Origin: the human T2T-CHM13v2.0 reference genome, Homo sapiens
Length of the DNA: 64,000 nucleotides
Reading direction: 5' to 3' (one strand)
NCBI RefSeq assembly: GCF_009914755.1
Contig: NC_060929.1
Shown here: positions 40,535 to 54,469 of the stretch, in pieces
Numbering within the stretch: position 1 is the stretch's first letter
Layout: each line of letters opens with the position of its first letter
Position numbers and translations under genes: made by a program
Notes under the pieces: generated by a model
The model's database searches: none
Told to the model about the DNA's origin: nothing
Seen by the model: the letters and a program-made list of their open reading frames with translations, nothing else

Positions 40535-42470
40535 ACATTTCTTGTTTGTTTTTGTATTCTTGTTAAAGAGACTGATAAGATGATTGGAAACGGTGGGAAC
40601 AAGCCTTGGTAAGAGAGATTAGAAACATAAGACAAGTGAAAAGATTAGACGAATAGCACCTTTCAGTCTACATGAGTTCAGAGTCTCTCTTTTGGATGAA
40701 TTGCATCCCAGTGTCCTGAGAAAACCTGTAGATGGAATTGCTGAGCTTACAACTGACCCATCTTTCAGAATTCCTGGGGAGTGAGAACAGTGCCAGAAGT
40801 GGAGATAGTCACTTCTCGTTTTCAAAAGGGGTAGGGGTGGATTCTGCTGTGTTGCTATGGACCCTGGGCAGAATTCTAGATTGATTAATCAATAGATTCG
40901 TAGGCTGTTGTCAGAGTCCTTGGTCGCAAACAACAGAAACCAAATCTGAATAACTTAAGTACAAATGAATATTTTTAGAAGGATATTGGATAACTTGATG
41001 GAAAAACTAGAGAGCCACTCTCAGAAAATGGCAGGCACCAGGAGAGGCCAGGCAGCTAAGAACACAGCCAGCTTGTGCTGAGGGAATGGAGGCATTAGAA
41101 GGCTGCCACAGTGCCCCTGCTATAGGACAGTCACTGCTGCTTGCTGGACCCTTGACTCTGCCTGCCGTATGCATTCTGAACTGCCCTCGCCTTCTGTGCC
41201 ATGCACTCCAAACGCAGTCCTACATAGGCACACCTATTTGCTGAGCCTGGGTAAATTGTCTGTGCTCTAGCTGCCTGTGTTCTGTGAGACTGTACATGTG
41301 TTTAGCTTCCTTTTTACCTTCCTTAGTAGAAGCTGGAGTTCCCTCATCCCCACTAGGTCTCTCTCATTGGCAGAACCCTCAAACATAGGAAGGGTGTTCA
41401 GAAACTGGACATCCAAAAGGAACGGCAAACCTTCACTGCAGTAGTCCAGAAGAAGGGAAAGAGATTGCCACTGGAAACCAGTGTGGTTAATGATGAGCCA
41501 TTCATATCAGAGGAAATTCATCCTTTTTGATAGGATTTCTCAGGAAATGGTTGTGCTGAATTTTAGAAAGGCCTTTCCTGAACTCCCCCACAAGTCTCAT
41601 GTCTCAAGTCTCATGTACAAGTCATAACTGATTGAGCATCTGAATCCAAAGAGTGTTGGGTAATGTGAGTGATGCCTGGAGGCATCTCCAGGGAGTGATC
41701 CTGGGCTCCTTAATGACTTGGCCAAGAACATCACGGGGAGGCTCATCAAATCTGCTTTTGAAGTTAAGCTGGAAGGGCTAGGGGAGTGCATTGACGAAGA
41801 GAATTAGGATCCAAAAAGATCCCTGTGAACTGGAACAAAGACCTGAATCTAACAGAATGAAATTTAATAGGGAATAAATATTACATCTTGTTCTGATATT
41901 CAGGACACCAGCTGCGTCTACATGATGAATAAAGAAGGAGCCACTTTACAGCATCACATGTGAAAAATGCCTTCAACATTTTAGTTGAATGGAAGTATAT
42001 GAGTCAAAAGTTTGACATCTTTTTAAAAACAAAAAACTCCTAGGGTGATCTTACAGTGTGTTAGTGGGAATCACGTGTGTCCATCACAAGGTAGAGATTT
42101 GCCTTATTTTGTGTGGCTTAGTTGACGCATGAAATCTTCATTGATTTTTGGACACACTCAAGAATGCTTTTTTGGGCAGAGAGTGACTAAAATGCAAGTG
42201 GATATAAAAGTTTGGCATGTGCAGGGCAATTAAAACAGTGAGTTGTTACCCTTGAGACCTGGGAGACACATTAGCTATCTACAAATACAGGCAAGTGTCT
42301 GGAAGGAAGCACAGGTGGTGTGTCCGTGGAGGGGAAGAGCTAGACCAGTGGATGTCAGTTGCAAAGAGGGAGGTTTACAATACCATACACTGACTGTGCC
42401 TTGATGGAAACTAGTAACTTGCACATCACTTGTGACCACTACTTGGGGCCAACTAGGCTCTTGGGGGATA
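40535..42470 (+). mobile_element. L3/CR1 LINE reverse-transcriptase region, split by an LTR
   Basis: Decayed CR1 RT motifs in order: DELHPSVLRKPVDGIAE (~40695), NFRKAF (~41559), QGVILG (~41689), NRMKFN (41851). Confidence 0.8.
40906..41440 (-). mobile_element. Old MaLR LTR (MLT1M/N2-like) inserted in L3
   Basis: tg...ca termini; ttggtcgcaaacaacagaaacc; flanks gtaggc 40900-40905 / gtagtc 41441-41446. Confidence 0.7.
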
Positions 42471-43939
42471 TTCAAATATTTAACAAGCATATTTGCCCAT
42501 GTTACTTTCACAGGTCTTAAGTCTCCCTGAATGTTGAACTTCCCCAAGACTCTTTTCCTCACAAGGCTATTGAAAATTTTAATATCTTCATGGGGTTAGT
42601 GAAAGACTCAGAATAGCTTTCAGACCTGGGAATACGAATTCATCATAAAGCTGCAAGAGAAAGTCTTAATAGAGAGCAATATGAGACAGTAAATATTTGA
42701 TTTGAAAAGATGGGATCATAAACCAATCAGCGGAGCACTTGCTGAGAATGAAGTTTTTTCTTAATTGGCGCCAGGCTGCCATAACACAAGTGGCTGCTCT
42801 TTAGGAGTTTGTAGTTTTCACGTTAAAGGCATTTTATTTTAAACATATTTTCATCCTAAGATGTCAGTATGTAGAATTGCCTGACTGATCAAGGAAATTC
42901 TAAAGGTAATTGCTATGGGAGTTTAACTTGCCAGAGACCTAGAGAAGTCTCTTTCATACTTTAAAAGATATAAACAAGTTGCAAAATAATGGTTCTGTCA
43001 AGAAAATCACACATTGATTCATCATCCATTATTGGGAGTTGGGCTAAAGGGTTTATAAAACATCTCCTTTTTGAAGGTCATCTGGTGGAGGGGTGGCTTT
43101 AGGATTTTGTAGATTTGCAGCCTGCATGATCACCTTTCTCAATAGACATTTATTGAGTGCCTCCTGCAACCATTATTGCAACTGAGGAAAATTTTGGCAC
43201 AAATACCTGGAATGGAAGTTAAAAGTTTTAAAAGTGGTATTTTCAAGGTTTTTGGCCTTTACAGTGCAAACAAGTACATGTATCTTCTCTAGCAATAGTA
43301 TTTATTGAGAGAGATTAGCATAAAAGTAGTTAGCTTGCAGCATGATTAGAAAATTATACCCTTGTAAAGGATCCCCAAGTTACAACGGCAATCACCAGAA
43401 ACTGCATTGTAAAAGTCTGTGCTGGTGCCTGGACTAATTTCATTCCTTTGGCATTTCTCCTCCCTGTTCTCTAACCTCTCTTTTAGTTTATTGTTCTGGA
43501 GTAATGAAAAACTGTCTGAGGGTAAACACTGCCAGATATCCATTTTGCATTTGCTCAAAGTTTATGCCTTTGTTCGTTTATTCAAAATGTGGTCAGCAAC
43601 ATTTATTGGGCGCCTACTGAGTGTCAGGGTACTAGTGGTGATTTAAAAAAATCCCTCTCTCCTGCATCTCTGAGACTAGTAAGAGAGATAGAAAAGGAAA
43701 TCTAATGTGTTGTCTCTGCTATGCAAAGGGAGCTTGGGATGCCCAGAGCAGAGATGTGTGTCTGAGGAATGTTCCCGAAGAAGTAATGTTTAAACCATGT
43801 CTGGAAAAGTGAGTAGAAATGAGCCAGGCACACTTAAATGGCAGGGTGACTCCAGTAGAGAGATTAGAATAGCATCTGCAGAGGTTTGGAGGAGGAGGTG
43901 GTGGGCCTGGAGATGGATTTGGAAAGCGTGAACTTTAGG

Positions 43940-44100
43940 GCAGGGTTCTTGTGATGTAGCTCTCTATCAGAATCGCCCGATGAACTTGTTGAAAATGCAG
44001 ATTCCCGCATCCAGTCCCTCCCCCTCCCCTTAAGATCAGTTTTTCTGGCAGTGGGACCGGGCATATCTGATTGTGAAGTCAGGAAGAGTTTGAGAATCTT
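43940..44100. mobile_element. MER5A
   Basis: atcagaatcgcc..gaacttgttgaaaatgcagattccc...agtttgagaa. Confidence 0.75.
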
Positions 44101-44551
44101 CTTCTATAGGAATTGGAAGCATTGAAGAATCTAAAGCTGCAAGTGCTGTGACCAGGTGAGATTTTTAGGAAGATTTTTCTAATCTAATTTGCTGCAACAT
44201 GGATGAACCTGGAGGACATTATGTTAACTGAAATAAGCCAGGCACAGAAAGACACATACTGCATGATTTCCCTTACTCGTGGAATCTAAAAAAGTTGAAC
44301 TCATAGAAGCAGAGAGTAGAATGGGAGTTGTCTGGGGCTGGTGGGGGTGTGTATGGGGGGAATGGGGAGAAGTTGGTCAAAGGGTACAAAGTTAGGAAGG
44401 ATAAGTTCTGAAGATCTATTGTACCACAGTGACTATAGTTAATAATTATGCTTAAAAATTGCTAAGTAGATCCTAATTGCTGACCAATAAAAATTGCTAA
44501 GTAGATCCTCACACACACAAGTGTGTGAGGCAAGTATGTTCATTAGCTTGA

Positions 44552-45178
<627 letters not shown>

Positions 45179-47284
45179 TTAACTACAATTTTTATTTGTC
45201 AATTATACCTTAATAAAGCTGGGGAGGGAGATGGTAAGAAAAGATTACTCTGACATGAAGTCAGGTGAAAATGATGTGAGCCTGGAGGCAGAGGGGATAT
45301 TGAGATAGTTCGTTCAGGGGAGAGGTAAGGGCAGGGATTAAAGCCCTAGTGGGGGTTGACAAGGAAAGCAACAAATCTAAATCATGTAGAAGATAGAATT
45401 GGCCAGATTTAGTGGTCAATTGCATGTGGTTAAGTGGGGACAACTCCTCAGTTTCTGGTAGAAATCAAAGACACCTTGTGCTCAGAGAGACATCGGGAGC
45501 ACTGTTGTGGGAGCTGCCCTGTTGGCAGGTGTAGGCTGGGAGCAGCTTCTGTGTCAGAGTACTTTGCCCTCTCTCATTTCCTGAGAAAAGAAGATGGTAT
45601 GTGTATAAACTTCGCTGAAGAGGAGACCTGGTGAGATTTTTCCCTTCTTCATTTGTATACTCTCACCTCTCTTGCTTCCCCACTAAATATCAGTGTATTT
45701 GGCAATTTTGAAGTGAACCTGTCACATGGAAATCATCCATGGTTACACCATTCCAATGATTCTAAAGAGGTGGAAGTTGTTGGCTTCTCGGTGAGGGTGT
45801 GGGGTTGCAGGCTCTCCAGTTGGGGAGGCACTTACCTCTGTATTCTGAGCATATATGCTTTGCATATGTCCTTCACAGCAGGCACTCACCCTGCCACGTG
45901 CACAACTATTATTTGGCTCTAACCTTGACCACTGCCCCTGGCCTGATGGTGGAATTCATCGTCCTTCAAAGCCCATATTCTGAATTACTGAGCTCAGTGT
46001 ACACTTTTTTCTTTATGTTACAGTTAATATTACTTATATTATTTTTCTATTACACATGAACTTACAAACTCTCTGCATGTAAATTGGCTCCTTCCATCCC
46101 TTTTGGGTAAAGACTGATCATGAGCAGCTTGAAGAAAAAAGGAGAGCCTTCTATCCTTAGCAGAGAGCCCAGTTTTGTTTGGATTGGGCCTCTGGCCTAA
46201 ATTTGAAAAGATGCACTTAGACTGGAGGTGAGCTGAGGAAAGGCTGAGAATACACTTTGTTCTGAACTGGGGTCCCTCCTAATTTACTAGTTCCTGGCTC
46301 CTTTCATACTGGAAGGATGTGTTAAATTGAGGCAGAGTTCTGTTGACTTTCTTTTTTAGAGGATTCACTCGTTTGTAATCTAATTTATTTGGTTGTCTTA
46401 GAAGAAAATAAGGGAAGAGCCACGCAGCAGTTGCTAACCCTGTATCTGTGCTGTCATTCATTGTCTTTCCTGACTCCCTTTGTCCTCCAGGGTACTTCCT
46501 AACCTCATTGACAGTCCCCTCTGTGTCTGCTGCCAGTGCCCCTCCTCCCTTAGTAATTAAAGAGGGAATGAGAATGTCAATTCAGCTTCTCACTGAAGGC
46601 TGGCGCTAACCACAGATCTTATTTTAGGGCAAGTCCTTTCCCCTCTAGCTTCTTTAAATCCCCTATTAATTCAGATGCTTTATTTACTGAACAAACAAGC
46701 TGTGATTTCACAGAGAACAGTGAACAGGGGCCATACTTCTGGGGGAGAGAAAAATAAAGCTCTTTGTGCTGTTCTGCTCATGCTGAAGCACGGGGAGAGG
46801 TTTTTCCCCCTTCTTTGTGGTGTCACCCCCCAAAAAAGGCAAACCCGAGGGAGAAAGAGTAAAGAGTGCAGCAGTGTCCTGGTGGTTTTGATAAAAGTTC
46901 TTTTTATGGGCAAGATCTTTCAGGAGCCTCTTCCAGAGGAGGAGTCACCTTGACCTGGAGCAAGCGCACCCGAAGACATGCCCAAGGGCTTGGGCCTCCC
47001 TGCCACCTGGGCTGGTCATTGACACTCTTCTGGGCACAGTCCTCTGACCTCCCAGTCATGGTGGCACATGCCTTTGGCCACAAGGGGGACCAAGGCAGAG
47101 TATGATTCCACTCCAGAAGGTATTAACAATATGATACCACTCCCAAATCCAGCTTCACATTACCTCTCATACCTGGGCTGTGCATATGCATACCAAAGGT
47201 GCTAACTTCGCAAGTTTGTGAAGCAAAAATATATCGGGCTATCAGATTTAGTCTCAAAAGCACTTTTCACAGTGACAGTGTTTC

Positions 47285-47420
47285 AGAGCTAGAAGAGATC
47301 CTTAGCATTTCCATTCTCCTTATTTAACAGAAAAAGACCCAGAAATATTAAATGATTTGCCTCAGGCCCTGTAACTTCTCAGCACTTATAAGTCACAAAG
47401 TGAATCCAGATCTCCCAGTA
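47285..47420 (-). mobile_element. MIR fragment
   Basis: agctagaagagatccttag...tttaacaga...gacccagaa..ttaaatgatttgcc. Confidence 0.6.
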
Positions 47421-47463
47421 CTACTACTAGATTTGCTTCCCCAGCTGCTGGGCAGGGATGACT

Positions 47464-47592
47464 TGAGTCAGAGTTTGGGCCAGTGTCGTCCAGGCCACCT
47501 GCATCAGATCACCTGGGGTCCACTGAGAATGCAGGTTCCTGGGCCCTACTCCAGAGTGACTGAGTCAGTATCCTGGTGGGGGTGACTCAGCA
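47464..47592. promoter_or_regulatory. Cluster of three AP-1 heptamers incl. one ARE/MARE
   Basis: TGAGTCA 47464 and 47561; GTGACTCAGCA 47582-47592; motif evidence only. Confidence 0.35.
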
Positions 47593-47653
47593 CCCTGCAT
47601 TTGAAACAGACTTCCCAGGTCCCTGTCACCACACTGGTGTTTGAAAATTGTTG
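47480..47653. mobile_element. MER5A-family MITE
   Basis: cctgcatcagatcacctggg...aatgcaggttcctgggccc...ctgcattt.aaacagacttcccaggt. Confidence 0.8.
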
Positions 47654-48554
47654 TCAGTAGTCCTCAAACTGAACTTGGGCTCTGCCCTTGTTCAGCTGCA
47701 GGCTTCTTCCTGAATGTGCTTCTTTGGCCCTAATTCTTTACATTTGTGCTTCTCATACAAAAAGGCACAGCTTGACTGATGAGAGGGCATTGCAGGAGGA
47801 TCTGGGTGTTTTGGAAATGAACTATGATGGGGATAGTGCAGTTAGTGCTTACCCACCTGTATCTCTGCTGTCTTCTCTGTCCTCCCAAGCTGCCTCTTCA
47901 TTAAACAACAAACATTTTTAATTGTCATTGTTTTTCTGCACATCTTTCCTCTAAGGGGCATTGGGCTCCCCTAGGTAGTTTTAGATTCATAAACTCAAGT
48001 TGGGCTTATTTGGGGGGTGGGTGACCATGCCTGGAGCATCAGTTAAGGTGACTGGTTACTCCAGAGAAGGCAGGAGGACAGGACAGCCAGACAGTCTATC
48101 GTGTGTGTGTGCTAACTGCTTACATGTGTACAAAGGTGTCCAGGCTTTATTTCACATCATAAACACATGTGCTCCCTGACCTACATGAGGGCATCTAGCT
48201 TAGACAGGCCTGCCGCCACTCTCTGGGATGAAGTTTCACATAGAAGTTATAAGGCTGCCCCATAGGTCAAGACAAGAGTAGTCGTGAGTGGCCCCACACC
48301 CCAGAAATGGATTAGAGTCCACACCTGGCTTTGAGTGGTTGGTGCCTGAACTGCAGAGGCACTGAGGTTAATATCATCAGCATTTTCATGAATACAAATT
48401 GTAGTTTACGTGCCTTCTTGTTCTTATGAATTCTCAAAGAACAGTGTGAGGAATCGCCTAGACGTTAAATGTTTTCACACATGAAAGGTGCTGTGTCAGT
48501 GCTGCTAACAGTGAATTGCGTCAACAGCTGAGCTGAAGATAAAGATGGGTTCAG

Positions 48555-48735
48555 TTGAATTAGGGCTCTGGAGTCAGATCTGCTTTGAATACTGGGCCTA
48601 CTGTGTGCCTAGCGTTATAACTGGGAAAAGAGGACAGTAGTAGGGACTATCCTTAGAACTGTTATGTTAGATAATGCATAAAAGCATCTACTGTAGTGCC
48701 TGGCAAAGAGTAAGGAGAGAAGTGAGCATTAGGTA
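48555..48735 (+). mobile_element. MIR
   Basis: gggctctggagtcaga...agataatgcataaaagc...tagtgcctggca. Confidence 0.7.
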
Positions 48736-48831
48736 TTGTTGCCTTAGAGAGTGCCATTGGTAGCAATCTACTTATCTGAAGAGGTGAAGGGGTAGGGAAC
48801 AAATAACTGCATAAGTAAGTGAAGCAGACCA

Positions 48832-48957
48832 TTTTTTTTCCCCTTAAGAAAAAGAGGTCTTGCTGTGTTGCCCAGACTGACCTCAAACTCCTGGGCTTAT
48901 ATGATCCTCAGCCTCCTGAGTAGCTGGGACTACAGGCCTATGCCACTGCACCCCGCT
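48832..48957 (-). mobile_element. Free Alu monomer (FLAM_A-like)
   Basis: gaggtcttgctgtgttgcccag...aactcctgggct...gcctcctgagtagctgggactacagg. Confidence 0.85.
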
Positions 48958-51076
48958 TCATCTGGATTTTAATTCCTCAAAGGCCCATCTTTGAGAAGGC
49001 TTTTTGTTGTATTGTAGATTGTTCTTTGGCTGTCCTCTTGGCTGGTGGTAATGAGGAACCCTGGATAGAATAAAGGGCAGGCGAAGGGGTGGTGGGGCCT
49101 TTGAAGGAAAGGAAGACTCACTGGAGCAGTCCTACACCCAGGGCCTCCCTCCATCAGGAACAAGACCCTGTGTTTTAGTGTTGGGTGTGCAGTCCCTTCT
49201 GATTCATCAGCATCTATCTCACTGTGCCAAAGCATAAGCTCCTGTTACTCTGAGGTCTCATCAGCATCATTTTGGCTGCCATGTAAAAATTAAATTCCTT
49301 AAACTTCCAATTCTAAATATGGAAGTTAGCCCTCTGACATCACTTAGGTTGAAGCAAGAATACCATTAAGAGCTAACTCTTGGATGCCCCTTTGGAGTTT
49401 ACTTACTTTGATTTTTATTCTGGTTCATTGGACTGTTAAATGCTTTCTGTGGGCTGGTGACCCTTTGTATTTAAAAGGTACATGTAGTGGTGTTTCCCAG
49501 ATTAACCTAGCATCTAGCACCTGACCTGATGTAGTAAATATCTGTCTCCATAGTGCTGTTTTTACACGTCCTGTCCTGTCCTCTCTTAGTTGTCTTGCCT
49601 TCAAGGCCTTTTCAAGCTAGGATCAAGGTTGATAGTTTACCAAAAGTAATGTAAGATGAAGATCTCAAAGGTAACTCTATTGTCATGCTGGCATTTCTGG
49701 GGCAGATGTCCCTGAGCAGCCGTGCCCACCTAAAAACCACTCCGGATACATACAGATGACCTGCCTTGGGGTTGTTAAGAATTGTGTGCCCCCAGAGGAT
49801 TACCTGAGACTGGGATTTGATTTGCCCCAGGATAAGTAAGTTAGACTCCTGGGATCCATCCTCCAGCTTGCTTTTCTAGCTCTGAAATAACCAGTAGGCC
49901 AAAGGTTGAACATTTGTGTTCCCCTTGGTACTATGAGGCAGGCTGACAGATGCTGCAGAGACTGGTATTCCCATCCACCTGGCACCCAAGCATGTTCTTC
50001 AGGATGAAAGAAAAGTTGGAGTGGAGGGCAGGGGATTGTGCTGTGAAAGTAGGTATGATGCCTTAGGAATGACAGTGTCAGATCACATGAGTCGTGTGTT
50101 TTTCACTGTAATCTTTTAGATGTTGGAGAACAAGCTTTGAAACATTAAGTACTAATGTGGCCGTCTATTTTAAAAGACATAGTAGAGTGAGAGGATGTTT
50201 AAGGAAGGTTAGTGGGTTGTGTTCCTCACTTCTGATGAAAGCTGGGGCAGTGCTTGCTCTGCAGAGCCTTTTAAAACATCTTTCCATCCAAATAGGGCAC
50301 AGATCTAACTGGCCCTCTCCCTGCATGGCCATCCTGGCTAGCCTACCACAGCACTTAAAGGCTGACAATGAAATTAGAGGAAAGGGAAGGAATCTATTGT
50401 ACAGTTGTTGGAGGGAAAATGTAGTGCTTCTTTTCTTCCAGCTATACCAGGAGCTTTTTTTTTCTCTTTTCTTTTTTATGTTCTATTCTCAAAGAGTACT
50501 AGTTAATAATTCACATGCAGTTACCAATTAAGTAGAAATTTCATTTGAAGCGACAGTAGGTTCAATTAAATGCGTTTGGAAATCGGGTGCCTAAATTGCT
50601 CTGGAAGGAGTCTGAATATTTATGTATATATGCATTGTGAATGTGGGTAGTAGGTGCATATATGTTTTATACATACACATTTGAATAAAAGTCAGGGTTG
50701 AAAACCTGCCTAAAGGGCTAATTGCCAGTCACATGTCTAATTAATCACACATGTAAAATGTAACCCTTGCTTTGTGGGCTATAAGCAGAGAGATTTTAAT
50801 TTTCATCCCAGAGTTCCTGGAAAGAATAATGCTAGTAATTTTGGGGGGCTTACAATATAAAAGCTGGGGAAAGAGGAAGAGGGGTCACTGTCTCAGTTTA
50901 GAAGTGCTGCAGAGAGCCAGCAGTTGATGGTTATTGAGTCAGCACCTGCTGCTCAGCGCTTGTGGGAGGTAAAAGGGTGTGATGCTGACTGCTACAATTC
51001 CAGTAAGTTCTTCTGGCATAAGAGCAAGAACAAATGGATATGGGGTTGGGCATGAGTATTTATAAAAAGAATAGCT

Positions 51077-51437
<361 letters not shown>

Positions 51438-51859
51438 TCAAATGAGTTCTTCACAGATAATTTGGTGTATTTTAAAGTATCAGAATATAAAAGAGCTGGA
51501 AGAAATTCATAGGGATTAACAAAACGTTTGCAGAATTGTTTTAATGGAGACAAACACAGTTGACAATTTTGCTTTCTTCCTAGAGAATTTTCTCCTAAAA
51601 GAAATCATTGATAAAATAAGGAAAGAAAAAAAAAATCATTGATCAAACTAGGGAACAAAATTCCCCCACAGAATGGTAGTGATTAAGTAGGTGTTTCATA
51701 GAAACAACTAGGTTCACTATAAGTTTGTCCTTTGAGTCGTCTCGGGGAACCATGTTTAGGAGAGAGAGCTTATTAGCACATCCACTGCTATACAAAGAGA
51801 TGTGCTTTCTACTAAAGTTTGCTTCAGAAGAAAGGGTAATGCTTGATCCTGTCACTTAA

Positions 51860-52419
51860 CGTAGAGGTTAAAAATGTGCACTTTAGAGCAGTGGTCCCCA
51901 GTCTTTTTGGCACCAGGAACCAGTTTTGTGGAAGACAGTTTTTCCATAGACTGGGAGGAGGGGTTTGGGGGGATGGTTTCAGGATGAAACTGTTCCACCT
52001 CAGATCATTAGGCATTAGTTAGATTCTCAAAAGGAGCACACAACCTATGAGAATTTATTGCCACCACTGATCTGACAGGAGGTGGAGTTCAGACGGTAAT
52101 GCTTGCTCACCTGTTGCTCACCTCCTGCTGTGGGGCTCACTTCCTAACAGGCCACGGACTGGTCTGTGGCCTGGGTGTCGCGGACCTCTGCTCTAGAGTC
52201 GCACCACCCAGATTAAAATCTTGGCCCTGACAATATCTTTGTGACATTAGGGTAATATTAACCTCTCTAAGCCTCAGTTTCTTTATCGGTAAATGAGGAT
52301 AACATTATTCACCTCATAGGTGGCTGTAAGATTAACTGCATTACACAGAACAGTACCCAGCACAGTAATCTGTTTAACAAATGTTGCCATTAGTAGTTAT
52401 TACTATTATTATTATTATT
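51860..52419 (+). mobile_element. Near full-length MIR split by MER1B
   Basis: gtagaggttaaaaatgtgcacttt head; taacctctctaagcctcagtttc core; (att)n tail. Confidence 0.8.
51889..52190 (-). mobile_element. MER1B (hAT-Charlie)
   Basis: cagtggtcccca...ggacctctg TIRs; 8-bp TSD ctttagag 51881-51888 / ctctagag 52191-52198. Confidence 0.92.
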
Positions 52420-52799
52420 GTATCATTGTGACTGTGTACACTTCCAAAAGTAGATGAAAAGTTTACAGAAAAGCCTTTCTGAGTAAGCAAACTAGAGTCC
52501 TAACAAATTTGCTAATTTTGAGATTTAAAAATGGGATCAAAAAACTGTCATGAAACTAAAGCTATTTTAATAAGACTTAAAGAATTGTTCCTTAACATTA
52601 CTCAGCCATTCCCCATGAGGACAGGATTTTTCTTCATTAACTCTGCTGTCAGGATGGCATTTAAAAGTAGCACATTTTCTGGTATCAGGATTCCAATTGG
52701 ATGCTTGGGATTGGATTGCTTCCTCATTAGCCCATAACCAGCTCTTCCCCTGTCATTCTTCCCTGCCCTCCAACCTACATTTTATGCTCTTTTAAAAAA

Positions 52800-52950
52800 T
52801 TACTTTGTATGTTTCAGTCTCTCCCGGAAGTTGCCCCACCCCACTATCTTGTAAGAGTTTGTGAGCTCAGAGGGTAGGGACTACAGCTTATACATCTTTG
52901 GTATCATCAAATACCTAAGTTGGTGCCATGTACATAGAAGACATTTATAC
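52800..52950 (+). mobile_element. L2 3' end
   Basis: tgtgagctc..agggtagggact...catctttg.tatc...gtgccatgtacatag. Confidence 0.65.
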
Positions 52951-53539
52951 AAAATTTAAAAATTAAGAGTATCACCATTGTATGTCAGTATTATTTAGCT
53001 AATTAAAAAAAATTATTTCTAGGGGTTTTCAACTTTTGTCATTTGTAAGACTGAAAAGTGTGCAAAGAATGTTCTTAAATTTTTTTTCAGTGAATTAGTG
53101 GAAATCCTAATTTCAACTAGTTGTTTGATTTTGTAGCTTTCTTATTTCTAGCAGCTTTTTTTTGTTGTTATTTTAGATTCAGCGGGTATGTGCAGAGGTT
53201 TGCTACATGGATATATTTCTTAATGGTGAGGTTTGGGTTTCTAGTGAACCCATCACCCGAATAGTGAACATTGTACCCAATACGTAGTTTTTAAACCTTC
53301 ACCCCCTTCTTTTCCCTCATCCTTATGGGGTCCACACTGTCTGTCATTGCCATCTTTGTCTATGCATACCGATTGTTTAGCTCCCACTTACAAATGAGAA
53401 CATGCAGTATTTGATTTTCTGTTTCTGAGTTACTTCACTTAGGATAAAGGTCTTTGACTCCATCCATGCTGCTGCAAAGGACATGATTTCATTCATTTTT
53501 ATGGCTGCATAGTATTCCACGGTATACACGTATTCCATA

Positions 53540-53713
53540 GTATACATGTATATATGTATACATACATATATGTATATGTATGTATACATAGATGTGTGTG
53601 TACATGTGTATATATGTATGTATACATATATACACATGCATATATACACATGTATATGTGTATATATATACATACATATATACACATATATGTATACATA
53701 GATGTGTGTGTGT
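53540..53713. repeat. Alternating purine-pyrimidine (TA/TG/CA) tract
   Basis: Read directly; expanded inside the L1. Confidence 0.95.

Positions 53714-53714
<1 letters not shown>

Positions 53715-53754
<40 letters not shown>
53715..53754. repeat. (TATC)10 STR
   Basis: Counted directly. Confidence 0.98.
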
Positions 53755-53755
<1 letters not shown>

Positions 53756-54411
53756 GTACGCACCACATTTTCATTATCCAGTCAACTGTTGATGGATACT
53801 TTGGTTGAATCCATGGCTTTGCTATTGTGAACAGTGCTGTGATAAACGTAACAGACCAGGAATCTTTTTGATAAAACAATTCCTTTTCTTTTGAGTAAAT
53901 ACTCAGTAGTGGGATTTCTAGCAGCAATTTTATTTTTAAGGATGAAGTTTACCTTAAAAAATGACTTGATGTTAAGTTCAACTGATGTTTTTGTTTGAAG
54001 ATGATGTGGCAGTTTTTCAGGTGCACAGGTGTGGCACACAATGTTAGCTCATGATAAAGTCGTTGCATAAGTAGTTGGACTCTCCTTATGTCTAAATCTT
54101 ATATCCATGAAAATTGTTGAGCATGTTCTCTGTTGGGTAAACCTTTAGCTTGGTTTGGACAGTAATATGGAATAGCCCACTCTCCATCTCTGGTCATGAT
54201 AGCTTTTAGATTTGGCTTTTTAGCACACTTCCCAGTAGGTTCACAAGTCTCTGCCTTGGAGCATGTTGATGTCAAGTCTATCAAAAGGAATGGCCTATTT
54301 TCCAAGACTGCTGTGCCACATTGGTGTCAACTGGGCACATCAGTAAGGATGCCTGCAGTGATTTGACACACCCACTCAAATGGATATGAAGTAACCTTAG
54401 GAATGTCCTGG

Positions 54412-54469
54412 CAGTCATATCTCCTGAAGTGCTGTCTGCATCTGATTCAGTCATATCTCCTGAAGTGCT
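54412..54469. repeat. 22-bp perfect direct repeat, period 36
   Basis: cagtcatatctcctgaagtgct at 54412 and 54448. Confidence 0.95.

Larger units (their letters stand above)
53156..53925 (-). mobile_element. L1 3' end (L1PA16/17-L1PB class)
   Basis: ttttagattcag...ttagctcccacttacaaatgagaacatgc; ORF2 tail MEYYAAIKMNEIMSFAAAWME. Confidence 0.9.
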
